Positions 8,422 to 19,717 of a stretch of DNA of 64,000 nt are shown here, in pieces. The stretch covers positions 1,440,001-1,504,000 of the forward strand of contig CAVTMK010000002.1 in NCBI GenBank assembly GCA_963735805.1, read 5' to 3'. The translations under genes were made by a program, and so were the position numbers. Positions within the stretch are counted from its first letter, which is position 1, and each line of letters starts with the position of its first letter. Source of the stretch: an uncultured Verrucomicrobiae bacterium (GTDB lineage: Bacteria; Verrucomicrobiota; Verrucomicrobiia; Chthoniobacterales; UBA10450). Below the pieces are notes generated by a model. The model had not been told where the DNA came from, made no database searches, and worked only from the letters and a program-made list of their open reading frames with translations.

Positions 8422-10224
8422 CTATTTCGGTGAGGCGTGCAGCGTCGTCTGATATTCGGGCTTCTGGTGATATTCGACGAGGCGAAATCCCCAACCAATT
8501 AGCGTCGAAAGATCCTTGCTCTGGTTTTTCTTTTCGTTCAGGAACTTCTCGATCCTGGCTTTCAATTCCAGTTGTTGATCGGTTGTATCGAGAATTTCAA
8601 ATATTTCCATCGATAACAGCCAATCTTCGGGGTGTTCTGCCTGCTGTGTCTCCCAAATTTCGCCAAGCCGTTCATAACCGGTTTTGCTTTCCCGAATTTT
8701 GCGGACCTGCGCGTAAAGATTCTCCAGTCGTCTGCGCTTTGCGTCTGACGGAACTTTGATGGTGCGTTCCTTGGGAACCAGGGCCACCTGGTTATAAGCG
8801 TCCTTGTCCGCCGCGCCGTTAAACACTGAACTGATTCGTTCGCCAACTGCCATGTCGTAAAAGCCCCATTCCGGCTCGAAGAGGACTCGGTCACGGTATT
8901 TCGCGTTGCAGTTTACGAACGTGATCAACAACAATTTCCCGTCGCGACGCAGCACCTTCTCCACTCTGCCTGAAACCACGATTCCGCTGACGAAGTCGAT
9001 TTTCGCCTTTTTGCCTTCGACAATTCCAAGCGCGTGCAATTGATCGTTCGTGAGCAACTCCGGCGACGTTGATGTTTGCTTCCATTTTCCAACCGGCGAA
9101 CCAAAACCGTCCTTGTGATAATCAACGCCGTGGCCCTCAAGTTCTCTGTATTTAAACGCCAGCGCAGTCTTCCCGGTCGTTCGCAGATAAATCGGAGAAT
9201 CGTTTTCGTCTGTGATGACCTCCGTGAAAACCCCGCTAACTTGCAGGCCGGATAAATATTCACAGGTCGCGGTGTTATTGCATTCGATCGCTTTGTTGAT
9301 GCCTTCAAGTCCACCAACCATGAATGCCATCTTGCTGGCAAATTCTTCCAGCACGTCCTTTAAATGCTGGAAATCGCGGCAGACAAAGAGTTGCGGTTGT
9401 TTTGTGGTGATATCGAACGCGCAATTCTGCGCGTCGATAGAATAGGGGATTTTCTTTACCCCGGGCTCCAGGCATGAGACCGATTCACCGATCGACGAAA
9501 GCAAACCTGCGCCGTAAATTTTTGGATTCTCAAGCGTGCCAATGAGCCCATACTCGACCGTCCACCAATGTAAACGTGAGAGCAGAGCCATTTCGGAAGG
9601 CGAGCCGAGATTTTTCTGGCGATGTTCGACCAGCTTCGTTGCTTCCTCGACTTCTTTCGTATCGGCGTTCGGGCGTTCCTTTAGGATCGATAAGTGCCGG
9701 ATCGCTTGATACAGCTCGAAATCCTTTTTGGACGACATTGCCTTGGCGCCTACTTCGCCAAAGCGCTGTAAATAGTTTGAGTATTCACGATCGACAATAA
9801 TCGGCGCGTGGCCGGCAGCCTCATGCACAATGTCAGGCGCCGGCGTGTATTCGATGTGCTGGATCTGGCGCATGTCGCAGGCGATTACCAGCACCTTATA
9901 GGCTTGAAATTCCATGAATGCCGCCGGCGGAATGAAACCGTCCACCGCCACTGCGCCCCACTCGATCTTTGCCAGAATATCGTTCATCTCTTCGATGCGC
10001 GGAATGCGATCGAATGAAATGCCTGTATTCAGGAGGCCCTGGAAATAGACTTTGTGCGCGTATTCCTTCAGGAAAAAAATGTTCTGACGCATGATGAATC
10101 GCCAGACTGCGTGATCGACCGATGTGTAATCGTCGTATCGCTGATCGACTGCGAATTGGAGCAAATGTTTCGGACAAGCCGCGACAGCCGCATTGCTAAA
10201 ACTGATACCGCCTAGCGATTTCAT
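8422..10224 (-). CDS. phhA: Long-form pterin-dependent aromatic amino acid (phenylalanine) hydroxylase
   Basis: YTPAPDIVHEAAGHAP, WWTVEYGL, YGAGLLSSIGE, FDITTKQPQLFV; ATG at 10224 chosen (600 aa). Confidence 0.92.
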   Translation of the reverse strand: MKSLGGISFSNAAVAACPKHLLQFAVDQRYDDYTSVDHAVWRFIMRQNIFFLKEYAHKVYFQGLLNTGISFDRIPRIEEMNDILAKIEWGAVAVDGFIPPAAFMEFQAYKVLVIACDMRQIQHIEYTPAPDIVHEAAGHAPIIVDREYSNYLQRFGEVGAKAMSSKKDFELYQAIRHLSILKERPNADTKEVEEATKLVEHRQKNLGSPSEMALLSRLHWWTVEYGLIGTLENPKIYGAGLLSSIGESVSCLEPGVKKIPYSIDAQNCAFDITTKQPQLFVCRDFQHLKDVLEEFASKMAFMVGGLEGINKAIECNNTATCEYLSGLQVSGVFTEVITDENDSPIYLRTTGKTALAFKYRELEGHGVDYHKDGFGSPVGKWKQTSTSPELLTNDQLHALGIVEGKKAKIDFVSGIVVSGRVEKVLRRDGKLLLITFVNCNAKYRDRVLFEPEWGFYDMAVGERISSVFNGAADKDAYNQVALVPKERTIKVPSDAKRRRLENLYAQVRKIRESKTGYERLGEIWETQQAEHPEDWLLSMEIFEILDTTDQQLELKARIEKFLNEKKNQSKDLSTLIGWGFRLVEYHQKPEYQTTLHASPK

Positions 10225-10375
10225 CGGCAACCTCTTTGGGAACGAAAAGAACTTATGGCCCGTTTGCAAAGCGAGCAACAATGATTCGTCGCTAGCATCT
10301 TGGACCGACTTCTTCTGAAAAATGCCAGTCCAACTCGACCCGAAGAGACAAACATTAAGCACCAGAGCCGCATGA

Positions 10376-10419
10376 TTTGCCAAGGTATCTAGCAGTCGCC
10401 ACCGCGACCGTTTCACCTA
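10376..10419. repeat. Dispersed 44-bp repeat, copy A (overlaps the anti-sigma stop codon)
   Basis: 32/44 ungapped identity by manual alignment to 13084-13127. Confidence 0.65.
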
Positions 10420-12402
10420 TCGTTTCGCTCGAATTACGCGTCTCGTAATCCAGATTAGGGCCGCTAACGCGATTACCCACGGCGCCAAAAACGCGACCGC
10501 CACACCAATCATACGCAGGCTCCACATGATCGCGCCCGCGCTTTGCGCCAGTGTGCGCCGCAACGTGGCGAGAACGCCGCTCTCCTGCGAAATAATGTTG
10601 CCCTGACTGTAAACCTGGATCGAGACGTCCGCTGGCGCGTTTGCTTCATCGATCTGCGCATCGGTGCGGTCGTGCCGTTGCACACTTACGTTCTCAACTT
10701 TGCCTAACGAGTTGAGCGACTGCATGAGCGTTGGGTAATTTTTCATCGACACCCGCAATGAGACGCTCGCTATTTCGCGCCCATCTGGATCACTGCTGAA
10801 CGTCGAGCTGCGAATGCGGCCACCTTGTTTCTGCGCAATAGCACGAAGCTCCTTTGTTTTTTCGTCCACTGAGGACGTGCAAATGCGCAGGCTGGTCTGC
10901 TGGAATGCCTGCTCTTGTTCTTCGCGGGAGATGCTGATGTTGAGTTCCACCTTGTCTCGCTTCGTCCTGGCATTTTCCGATATACCGCTGCCGCCTTGCG
11001 CGATTCGCTGGGTCTCCGTTTGGAAGTTTTCTACGCGACCCAACGACTTCACTTTCCCGGTTACATTCTCGCTTTCTTCGGGCGCGATCAATATGCTCAG
11101 CTGGGCTGAAACTCGTCCAGAGTAATCACGGTCTAGCCGCGCATTTGTGATTTGTACCTTTGCCGATGCAAGAGTTTTGATGTCATTGTAGATCTTCTCA
11201 ACATCCGGTGTGTAGAGTGCCAACTGGGCGCGCTCTTTGAGCAGGAACGCCGCGGGCTCTTCCATGTCCTTTTCTGCAAGCGAAATCGTCACCGTGGCGA
11301 ATTGCACCTGCGAATCCCAGTATTTTAGTTCGCCCTGCATCTTTTCGATCTCTTCGCGCACACGAGCCAGTTCCTTCTCTACCTGGAGCAAATCGGAGAC
11401 TTTGCCGGTTTTGGTTTTCAACATGTCGATCAAACGCTGCTCCATCACGTGGGCGTTTTTCAGGCGCGCATCGGTATCGAAATAGGCCTTGGTGACGTCT
11501 TCGGTGCCGAGTGTCTGGTTCTTTAACTCGCCAAGGCTTCGAACCTTTTGCAGAAAGCGATCAAGGTTTTCTGGCAGGACCTTCGCGATGACCTGCCCCC
11601 GGAGTTTACCATTTGCCTGTTTCTCGGAATCTGTTGTGGCGACGTAGCCATGTTCTTCGTTCGCAAATGCGGTGATCCTTTGGACCGCATTGTCAAAGCT
11701 CACGATCTCCAGTTCGACTGTCGCGTTGCGAATCAGTTTTCGATTGACAGACTGCGGAGTGAGTTCTTGGTCTGGAACTTGCGTAGTTTCTTCCGTAGCA
11801 GTCGGAATATTTGATCCAGTAACGATCGTTCGTTCCACCTCCGCGCCTCCTTGTTTCTCGTCTTTCGACTGAGCTGGAGCTGGTGGTGGCGGTTCCTTTA
11901 GAGTCAAACCTTGTCGTCGGCCGGCCGCGACTTCGTCTGACTTCGCTAGAGCACCCGATTGAGCTGCTCGCGGTGCTGGAAGCTGTGACCGTTGCTCGGC
12001 AAATTGTTCCCCAGCGTAACGTTCCCGTTCGCGCAGGGCCGTCACAGGTTCGCCGGTGATCATCCGCCCAATCTGCACAAGCCCGAGCAACACTGCGGCG
12101 ACTGCCGTAATTTGAATAGCGCGCAGACGAATCAGATCGCCGAGCAATTTTACGAGTCCGTTTCGTTGCGGAGCGCGATTTTTAAAGGCTGCCAGCATGC
12201 GCTGTTCAAAAGCGGGATCGGCTTTTTCCTGTGCGAGAGTTTCTTCCAGAATTTTGTTCATGGCTTTGATTTCTTGATGAGTTTTGCGGCATGCGACGCA
12301 ATCGAGCAGGTGCGCATGAAGCGCGCTTTGTTCGCCGTCGGAAAGCTCGCCGTACAAATCGGCGGCCAGCCAGGTGTCGATTTCGTTGTGGATCGTTGCC
12401 AT
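10417..12402 (-). CDS. Zinc-finger (ZAS) anti-sigma factor fused to DUF4349-like repeats
   Basis: HLLDCVAC (HxxxCxxC), TM segment, RKLIRNATVELE...EDVTKAYFD...LLQVEKELARVREEIE...FATVTISL, C-terminal TM; ATG at 12402. Confidence 0.8.
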   Translation of the reverse strand: MATIHNEIDTWLAADLYGELSDGEQSALHAHLLDCVACRKTHQEIKAMNKILEETLAQEKADPAFEQRMLAAFKNRAPQRNGLVKLLGDLIRLRAIQITAVAAVLLGLVQIGRMITGEPVTALRERERYAGEQFAEQRSQLPAPRAAQSGALAKSDEVAAGRRQGLTLKEPPPPAPAQSKDEKQGGAEVERTIVTGSNIPTATEETTQVPDQELTPQSVNRKLIRNATVELEIVSFDNAVQRITAFANEEHGYVATTDSEKQANGKLRGQVIAKVLPENLDRFLQKVRSLGELKNQTLGTEDVTKAYFDTDARLKNAHVMEQRLIDMLKTKTGKVSDLLQVEKELARVREEIEKMQGELKYWDSQVQFATVTISLAEKDMEEPAAFLLKERAQLALYTPDVEKIYNDIKTLASAKVQITNARLDRDYSGRVSAQLSILIAPEESENVTGKVKSLGRVENFQTETQRIAQGGSGISENARTKRDKVELNISISREEQEQAFQQTSLRICTSSVDEKTKELRAIAQKQGGRIRSSTFSSDPDGREIASVSLRVSMKNYPTLMQSLNSLGKVENVSVQRHDRTDAQIDEANAPADVSIQVYSQGNIISQESGVLATLRRTLAQSAGAIMWSLRMIGVAVAFLAPWVIALAALIWITRRVIRAKR

Positions 12403-12406
12403 ACGT

Positions 12407-12940
12407 TTAATCCATTGAGGCGAGAGCGGGACGAAGTTGTTTGCGCATGGATAGGAGGGCACGGCCCAGAATTCCGCGCAGGGCACCATTGGTAAGACCG
12501 AGCGTGTCTTCGATGGTGCGATAGTCCATTTCTTCGAAATAACGCAGTGTGAGGGCCGCTCGATGGAGCTCCGGCAACGCCGCAAGCGCACAGTGCAATT
12601 GTTGATCCAAGACCGCCGCATCGGCCGGCCGGTCGTCGATTTCTTCCGTAAGCTGCTCTGAGAGTGGAACAGCCCGGCGTCTGCGAAAAATATCGTGAGC
12701 CCTGTGTCGCGTGATGGTCGCTAGCCAGGCTGGAAATTTCTCCGGATCGCGTACGCGCCAGCGTGTTTTCCACGCTTTAACCAGTGAGTCTTGCACGACA
12801 TCTTCGGCTTCCTCGCGATTTTGCAAAACACCGTAAGCGATGGCGAAAAGTGTCCGGCTAAAGGTGCGAATAATCATCTCAAATGCCTCCCGATCGCCGT
12901 GAATGGCCGCCCGGTATTGTTCGCGTTCGCTGGCATCCAT
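12407..12940 (-). CDS. ECF sigma-70 factor
   Basis: GDREAFE, EAEDVVQD, FPAWL, LAALPELHRAALTLRYFEEMDY. Confidence 0.95.
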   Translation of the reverse strand: MDASEREQYRAAIHGDREAFEMIIRTFSRTLFAIAYGVLQNREEAEDVVQDSLVKAWKTRWRVRDPEKFPAWLATITRHRAHDIFRRRRAVPLSEQLTEEIDDRPADAAVLDQQLHCALAALPELHRAALTLRYFEEMDYRTIEDTLGLTNGALRGILGRALLSMRKQLRPALASMD

Positions 12941-13083
12941 TGGTTCGATCTAAAGCCTAGACGTCGGAGAGCGCGATTCCGCGCGAACTTTTTTAGGAAA
13001 TTTGGGTGGATCGGCTTCTCCTGAAGCGATGGGGGGCCAATCGCCGCCGGCACAAATGCTCAGGCGGTAAAACGGTAGTTTAC

Positions 13084-13127
13084 TTTGCCAAGGCGTTGAA
13101 GAGTCGCTGCGGTGATCGTTCCACCTA
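13084..13127. repeat. Dispersed 44-bp repeat, copy B (overlaps the L,D-transpeptidase stop codon)
   Basis: tttgccaagg...agtcgc...cgttccaccta matches 10376-10419. Confidence 0.65.
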
Positions 13128-14117
13128 GAAAATCAGAACTGTGTTGCCGACGCTGACCAGGTCTTTCACGCGCGCGGCATCCCAGTTCGCGAGACGAATG
13201 CAGCCATGACTGGCAGCGCGCCCAATTGTCTCGGGATTGTTGGTGCCATGAATGCCGATGCCAGGTTTGTTCAAGCCCATCCAGAGAACTCCGACCAGAT
13301 TGTTTGGGCCCGGCGGCAGGTTATAATAATTTTCCGTGCGCACGCCGTGGTTGAGCATGCCTTCATCATAGCGGAACCAGGGCCAAACATTCACACCGAG
13401 AATTTTCCATGTGCCCACTGGTGCCGGCAACGTTTTGGATCCCGGTGTAATCGGGAACACACAGACGAGCCGATCCTGATCGAAGACCTCCAGAAGGTGC
13501 TCATGGGTATCGACGAAAATCTTGCGGGAGGCGAATGCCGGATTTTCAGGGACCTTGCCTTCGGTGAATTTTTCAACCTCGAAGGGCAACACGTTCGGGA
13601 CCTTCAAAGTTTCCCCGGGCTGAAGGTGTTCCCAGTTCTTCCCGGGATTCAGTTTCTGAATGTAAGACTCGGCGGAATGATAACGCTCGGCGACGAATTC
13701 AAGCAGAGAGGTGTAAGGCATCCATTTCAATCTGGCCTGTTCGGCATGGCTGCCCGGCACATCACCCACGAATTTCAGGTCTTCTTCCCTGATTGCGTAA
13801 GTTGTGTAAGTCACCGGTACCTGGTCGAGCATCCATTGATCGACCGCGCCGGTCTTTGGCATGGCATGCGCGTGCTTGTATGAGATGAGCGCTTTGCGGA
13901 AGAACTCGCCCATTCTTCCATCAATTTTCCCGGGTCCGAAATCGCTATTGTCCAAGAAAATCTGCAACCGCGTTGCGGTCTGTTCGTCGTAATTGGGCAG
14001 CGCGACCGGATAGACTTTGGGCGGCGGCGTGAGTTGCTCCTGCGGTGACGTGGTGTTTTCCTGCGCTAGCGCGAACGTTGTGATTGCGATGATCCCCAAA
14101 ATGTAAACGACCTTCAT
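13125..14117 (-). CDS. L,D-transpeptidase (YkuD domain) with LysM-like segment
   Basis: Signal peptide; PPGPNNLVG, IGIHGT, SHGCIRL. Confidence 0.93.
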   Translation of the reverse strand: MKVVYILGIIAITTFALAQENTTSPQEQLTPPPKVYPVALPNYDEQTATRLQIFLDNSDFGPGKIDGRMGEFFRKALISYKHAHAMPKTGAVDQWMLDQVPVTYTTYAIREEDLKFVGDVPGSHAEQARLKWMPYTSLLEFVAERYHSAESYIQKLNPGKNWEHLQPGETLKVPNVLPFEVEKFTEGKVPENPAFASRKIFVDTHEHLLEVFDQDRLVCVFPITPGSKTLPAPVGTWKILGVNVWPWFRYDEGMLNHGVRTENYYNLPPGPNNLVGVLWMGLNKPGIGIHGTNNPETIGRAASHGCIRLANWDAARVKDLVSVGNTVLIF

Positions 14118-14169
14118 TGCCGGAAGTTATGCGTTGCGAATCAGACTGCGCAAACGCGGTCTTGATTAC

Positions 14170-15057
14170 TCAGCGCGCCGTGGTGGTCGATGACCGGTAA
14201 CCAATTTGCCCTCCCGTTACCGCGATAAGCAGCAGCGCCAGGACGGATGCGGCCAGCGTGAGGTTCAAATAGCTCCCGAGCACGGCTGGCGCGCGAAAGA
14301 CCCGAACCAGGCACACCGCATAGAACGTGTTCCACGACGCATGGACCAAAATGGCCATCAATACGCTGTTTTTCGTATTGTTGACGACCCACATGATAAT
14401 TAGGCGCAAACCAATAAGGGCCAGGGCGAACAATACGAAGTCGAGTACACTGCCCCTTGGCGGTATGTCGCTTAAATCCTGTGACGGAATCAAGAATCCG
14501 GGCAAGTGCCAGACCGCCCACAGGCTGCCAAGGATGAAACCACCGGCCAGAGGACCGTACGAGCGCTGCAAGCGAGGCTGCGCGAAACCCGTCCATCCCG
14601 GTTCCTCGAAAAGCGGTCCTCCGATAAGAGCCATAGAGATGAAGGCACGCAGGTACGACAAGACAGATGGTTGACCGGAAATATCGAGTGATTCCAAAGC
14701 CCCGGGTCGAATGAGAGTGGTGAACAACATAAGCGCGGGCAACCCAATAATCGCAAACACGTACCATTGAAGTCCGACGCGCCAACGTACGATTCGCCGC
14801 GTCAAGCTAGTGATGCCCGGTTTCCCTTCGATAATGGCGGTCATGATAAACCCGGATAAAACTGGCCCCAGCAGACCACCGATGGCCAATAGCCGCACTG
14901 CGTTGGCACTCAGACTCAGGACCCCGTAGTACACCAGCAGAGCCGGGAGGAACATGAGCCAGGAGAAAACAAATGTGAAGACGAAGTAAAGGACCAGCGG
15001 ATGACGAGCGAGCAAGTTGTTGCGAGCGAACGCAAGCTGGCTTGGTAAGGTGGTCAA
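14170..15057 (-). CDS. CPBP (CAAX/Abi) intramembrane metalloprotease
   Basis: EEPGWTGF, WAVWHLP, HASWN motifs; multiple TMs. Confidence 0.9.
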   Translation of the reverse strand: MTTLPSQLAFARNNLLARHPLVLYFVFTFVFSWLMFLPALLVYYGVLSLSANAVRLLAIGGLLGPVLSGFIMTAIIEGKPGITSLTRRIVRWRVGLQWYVFAIIGLPALMLFTTLIRPGALESLDISGQPSVLSYLRAFISMALIGGPLFEEPGWTGFAQPRLQRSYGPLAGGFILGSLWAVWHLPGFLIPSQDLSDIPPRGSVLDFVLFALALIGLRLIIMWVVNNTKNSVLMAILVHASWNTFYAVCLVRVFRAPAVLGSYLNLTLAASVLALLLIAVTGGQIGYRSSTTTAR

Positions 15058-15203
15058 TTTCGCAACTTCTCGCTCAAGGCTCGAACAGCATATGGAGAAT
15101 TGTAATGTGGAAGCAATTCATCATTAGTGTCCCTTGATACGTAGTCGAGTAAAGATGTGCTGTTGCGATCCGGTCATTTTGAATTGGAGTGCTTGCCATT
15201 TGA

Positions 15204-15566
<363 letters not shown>

Positions 15567-15674
15567 CCCCGAGCGGCGCGAGGCGGGTTAAAGAGTTTTA
15601 AAAGGTTCCCTTGGAGAGAACATCATTTTAACCTTTTAACTTTTTAACAATTCAGCGATTTAACGGTTTAGGTC

Positions 15675-16535
15675 ATGCACGAATATCTGCTGTCGGTCTT
15701 CCTGGGAATCGTCGAAGGGCTGACGGAATTTCTTCCTGTAAGCTCAACCGCGCATTTGCGAATCTGCGAAGCGTTCCTGCATATCGATCTGCACGATGGG
15801 TTCTGGAAGATGTACACGATTGTCATCCAACTTGGCGCCATTCTGGCGTTGCCGGTTTATTTTTGGAATCGCATCCTGCAGCTTGTTCGCACGTTCCCAA
15901 GAGGCGAACGCGGCAATCGCAGCATTTTGACGAATCCGTTAAGTCTCACCTTGATCGCCTTTGTGGTAACCGCAGTTCCGGCCTGGGCACTTACGAAGCA
16001 AATTGGCAAGAACCTGGAAAATCTTTGGGTAATGGCCCTCGCGCTTCTCATTGGTGGAATCGTAATGTGGATCGTTGACGCTGTTTTCACGCGGCCGCGC
16101 ACAAAGCACATGGAGGAGATGACCCTGCCACAAGCCATCTGGATCGGTGCAGCGCAAATTCTTTCTGCCATTTTCCCAGGCACTTCTCGCTCAATGTCCA
16201 CCATTGCCGCGGGACAGGTCGCGGGCTTGTCGCGTCCGACCGCCTTGGAATTTTCGTTTTTCTTGTCGATGCCGACGATGGTGGTGGCTACGGGGTTTGA
16301 TTTTTTGAAAACAGTAATGCCGCACCATCACGACGCGAATATTGCGCCGCTGGCAATGACTCCGCATGCATGGATTGTTCTCGGAATAGGATTTATCGTT
16401 TCGTTTTTCGTAGCGCTGGCCGTCGTTGCCTGGTTTATGAATTGGGTGCGTGCCCGTGGGTTTGTGCCGTTTGCCATTTATCGGATTGTTCTCGGCATAG
16501 GGTTATTGGCACTGCTGATGCGCGGGATAATCTAA
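15675..16535 (+). CDS. uppP: Undecaprenyl-diphosphate phosphatase
   Basis: GIVEGLTEFLPVSSTAH, IQLGAIL, PGTSRS. Confidence 0.96.
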   Translation: MHEYLLSVFLGIVEGLTEFLPVSSTAHLRICEAFLHIDLHDGFWKMYTIVIQLGAILALPVYFWNRILQLVRTFPRGERGNRSILTNPLSLTLIAFVVTAVPAWALTKQIGKNLENLWVMALALLIGGIVMWIVDAVFTRPRTKHMEEMTLPQAIWIGAAQILSAIFPGTSRSMSTIAAGQVAGLSRPTALEFSFFLSMPTMVVATGFDFLKTVMPHHHDANIAPLAMTPHAWIVLGIGFIVSFFVALAVVAWFMNWVRARGFVPFAIYRIVLGIGLLALLMRGII

Positions 16536-16545
16536 TTAAATATCA

Positions 16546-16953
16546 ATGGGAGCCGACATTATTCTTCCCGATTTACAAAGTGCGGTTCTTTGCGAAGACG
16601 TCCGCTGCGAAATGAATGGCATGCAAACACTCGTGGGCGTGCTGAGTGTAATCCCTGCACCCGCGTTACCGATCAATTACATCCGGCTTTGCATCTGGAC
16701 GCGTTGGTGCAGTGGTGCAGGAAAATTTCGGCAAGAATCCCGTATCGTCGGTGTCGACGAACAACACGTCATTGCGCGGGCGGAGGTGGAGTTTGTGTTA
16801 AAAGAGATGGATGGGCACGCGACCAACGTTCATTACTTTGGCGGGGTGCAATTTCAGCAATACGGATTACATCACGTGGAGATTTATCTGGAAAACGAAT
16901 TGCGGATGCGTTTTCCGCTGCCTGTGATTCAGGTCAAACGATCAGCTGCTTAA
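16546..16953 (+). CDS. Hypothetical beta-rich protein
   Basis: 135-aa ORF starting 10 nt after uppP; LCEDVRCE motif; no function recognised. Confidence 0.7.
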   Translation: MGADIILPDLQSAVLCEDVRCEMNGMQTLVGVLSVIPAPALPINYIRLCIWTRWCSGAGKFRQESRIVGVDEQHVIARAEVEFVLKEMDGHATNVHYFGGVQFQQYGLHHVEIYLENELRMRFPLPVIQVKRSAA

Positions 16954-17015
16954 CGTCGGAACGTCTTGTGAATGGGGGCTTGCGAACGGGGCGGAGTTGT
17001 TTATCACGACGATAT

Positions 17016-17534
17016 ATGTCGACAGGATTTTTAATGGTCCTGATATGCAGCTGCATCGTCGTCGGTCAGACAGAGGCGCAGGAGGTAATCGTTGCTCGCG
17101 AAACGAAGCCGGAAGCTTCCAAGCAAACGACGCCACCTCCAGAGCAAAGTCCCTCAGAATCGCCAACCCCCGAACCATCCAAACCCAAACCACGCAGCAG
17201 GAAATCTACATCGGCAGAGCCCACGCTTGAGCAAATGCGAATGGCGGGCGCCCTTGCCGCTGAACGCCTGGACAATCCAAGTCCTTCACAAAAGAACAGA
17301 TCTGACCAGTCAGACTCCGAGGCTGCTCCTACGTCAAACCCGGTTGTCGAAGAAACTCCCAGACCGTCAAAAAAAAGGGAAACGCCGTCCGAACAACCGA
17401 GCAAATCACACCGGCCGACTTCGCGGCCTGCAAAAGCGGAACCGGTCGGCGCGGTGCGGCCTACGTTCATGGAATCCGGCAGATCGGAGCCAAGCACTAC
17501 GCCTGCCCCAAAGGGACAAACACCCGCGCCTTAG
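17016..17534 (+). CDS. Secreted Pro/Ser/Thr-rich hypothetical protein
   Basis: ATG at 17016, signal-like N-terminus, low-complexity body. Confidence 0.6.
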   Translation: MSTGFLMVLICSCIVVGQTEAQEVIVARETKPEASKQTTPPPEQSPSESPTPEPSKPKPRSRKSTSAEPTLEQMRMAGALAAERLDNPSPSQKNRSDQSDSEAAPTSNPVVEETPRPSKKRETPSEQPSKSHRPTSRPAKAEPVGAVRPTFMESGRSEPSTTPAPKGQTPAP

Positions 17535-17570
17535 TTTCTTCGATTCTTTGTCATGCGCATGCTCTTCTGA

Positions 17571-18977
<1,407 letters not shown>

Positions 18978-18979
18978 TT

Positions 18980-19696
18980 ATGCCTCCGAACGTGAAGAGC
19001 GTTCCCCGTCACATTGCAATTATTATGGACGGTAACGGGCGGTGGGCCAAGGGGCGCGGTCTGCCGCGCATCAAGGGGCACGAGGCAGGTGCCCAGGCTG
19101 TTCGGGAGTGTGTAGAAGGATGCGGCGAATTAAAGGTGGAGTATCTCACTCTTTACGCTTTCTCTGCCGAGAATTGGCAGCGCCCCAAAAGTGAAGTCCT
19201 CGCGCTGATGCGTCTGCTTGAAAAATTCTTGAGAGAGAAAACGCCGGAATTGATTGAGAAAAATGTTCGGCTTCAGGCAATTGGACGTCTGACCGATCTG
19301 CCTGAGCGTTCGCAGGAGCAACTTCATAGGACGATCGAGCAAACTGCCGGCAATACGGGTTTGACTCTTATCTTCGCCCTGAGTTATGGCGGTCGGCTTG
19401 AAATCATCGATGGCATCAAGAGTTTGCTTCGTGCTATCGAGCTCGGTCATATCGATAAGGCCATGATTGATGTTGAAATGTTCAGTAAGCATCTCTACAC
19501 ACGCTACTATCCTGACCCGGATCTTCTGATTCGCACTTCGGGCGAAATGCGTCTCTCCAATTTTCTTCTTTGGCAAACGTCCTATACCGAGATGTACGTC
19601 ACCCCGAAACTGTGGCCCGATTTTACAAAGAAAGACCTCGTTGCTGCCGTGGAGGAATTTGGGCGCCGCCAGCGTCGTTACGGAGTGGTAGTGTAG
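18980..19696 (+). CDS. uppS: Undecaprenyl diphosphate synthase (isoprenyl transferase)
   Basis: HIAIIMDGNGRWA, FSAENWQRP, RTSGEMRLSNFLLWQ. Confidence 0.97.
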   Translation: MPPNVKSVPRHIAIIMDGNGRWAKGRGLPRIKGHEAGAQAVRECVEGCGELKVEYLTLYAFSAENWQRPKSEVLALMRLLEKFLREKTPELIEKNVRLQAIGRLTDLPERSQEQLHRTIEQTAGNTGLTLIFALSYGGRLEIIDGIKSLLRAIELGHIDKAMIDVEMFSKHLYTRYYPDPDLLIRTSGEMRLSNFLLWQTSYTEMYVTPKLWPDFTKKDLVAAVEEFGRRQRRYGVVV

Positions 19697-19717
19697 CCTG
19701 GCCTCTTGAAACAGCAT

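Noticed and set aside
10225..10416. N-terminal 64 aa of the 664-aa ORF as part of PhhA
   Set aside because: Not hydroxylase-like and overlaps a dispersed repeat; ATG 10224 is the better start.
16590..17015. N-terminal half of the 314-aa ORF
   Set aside because: Overlaps the 16546-16953 gene in another frame; the real gene likely starts at 17016.
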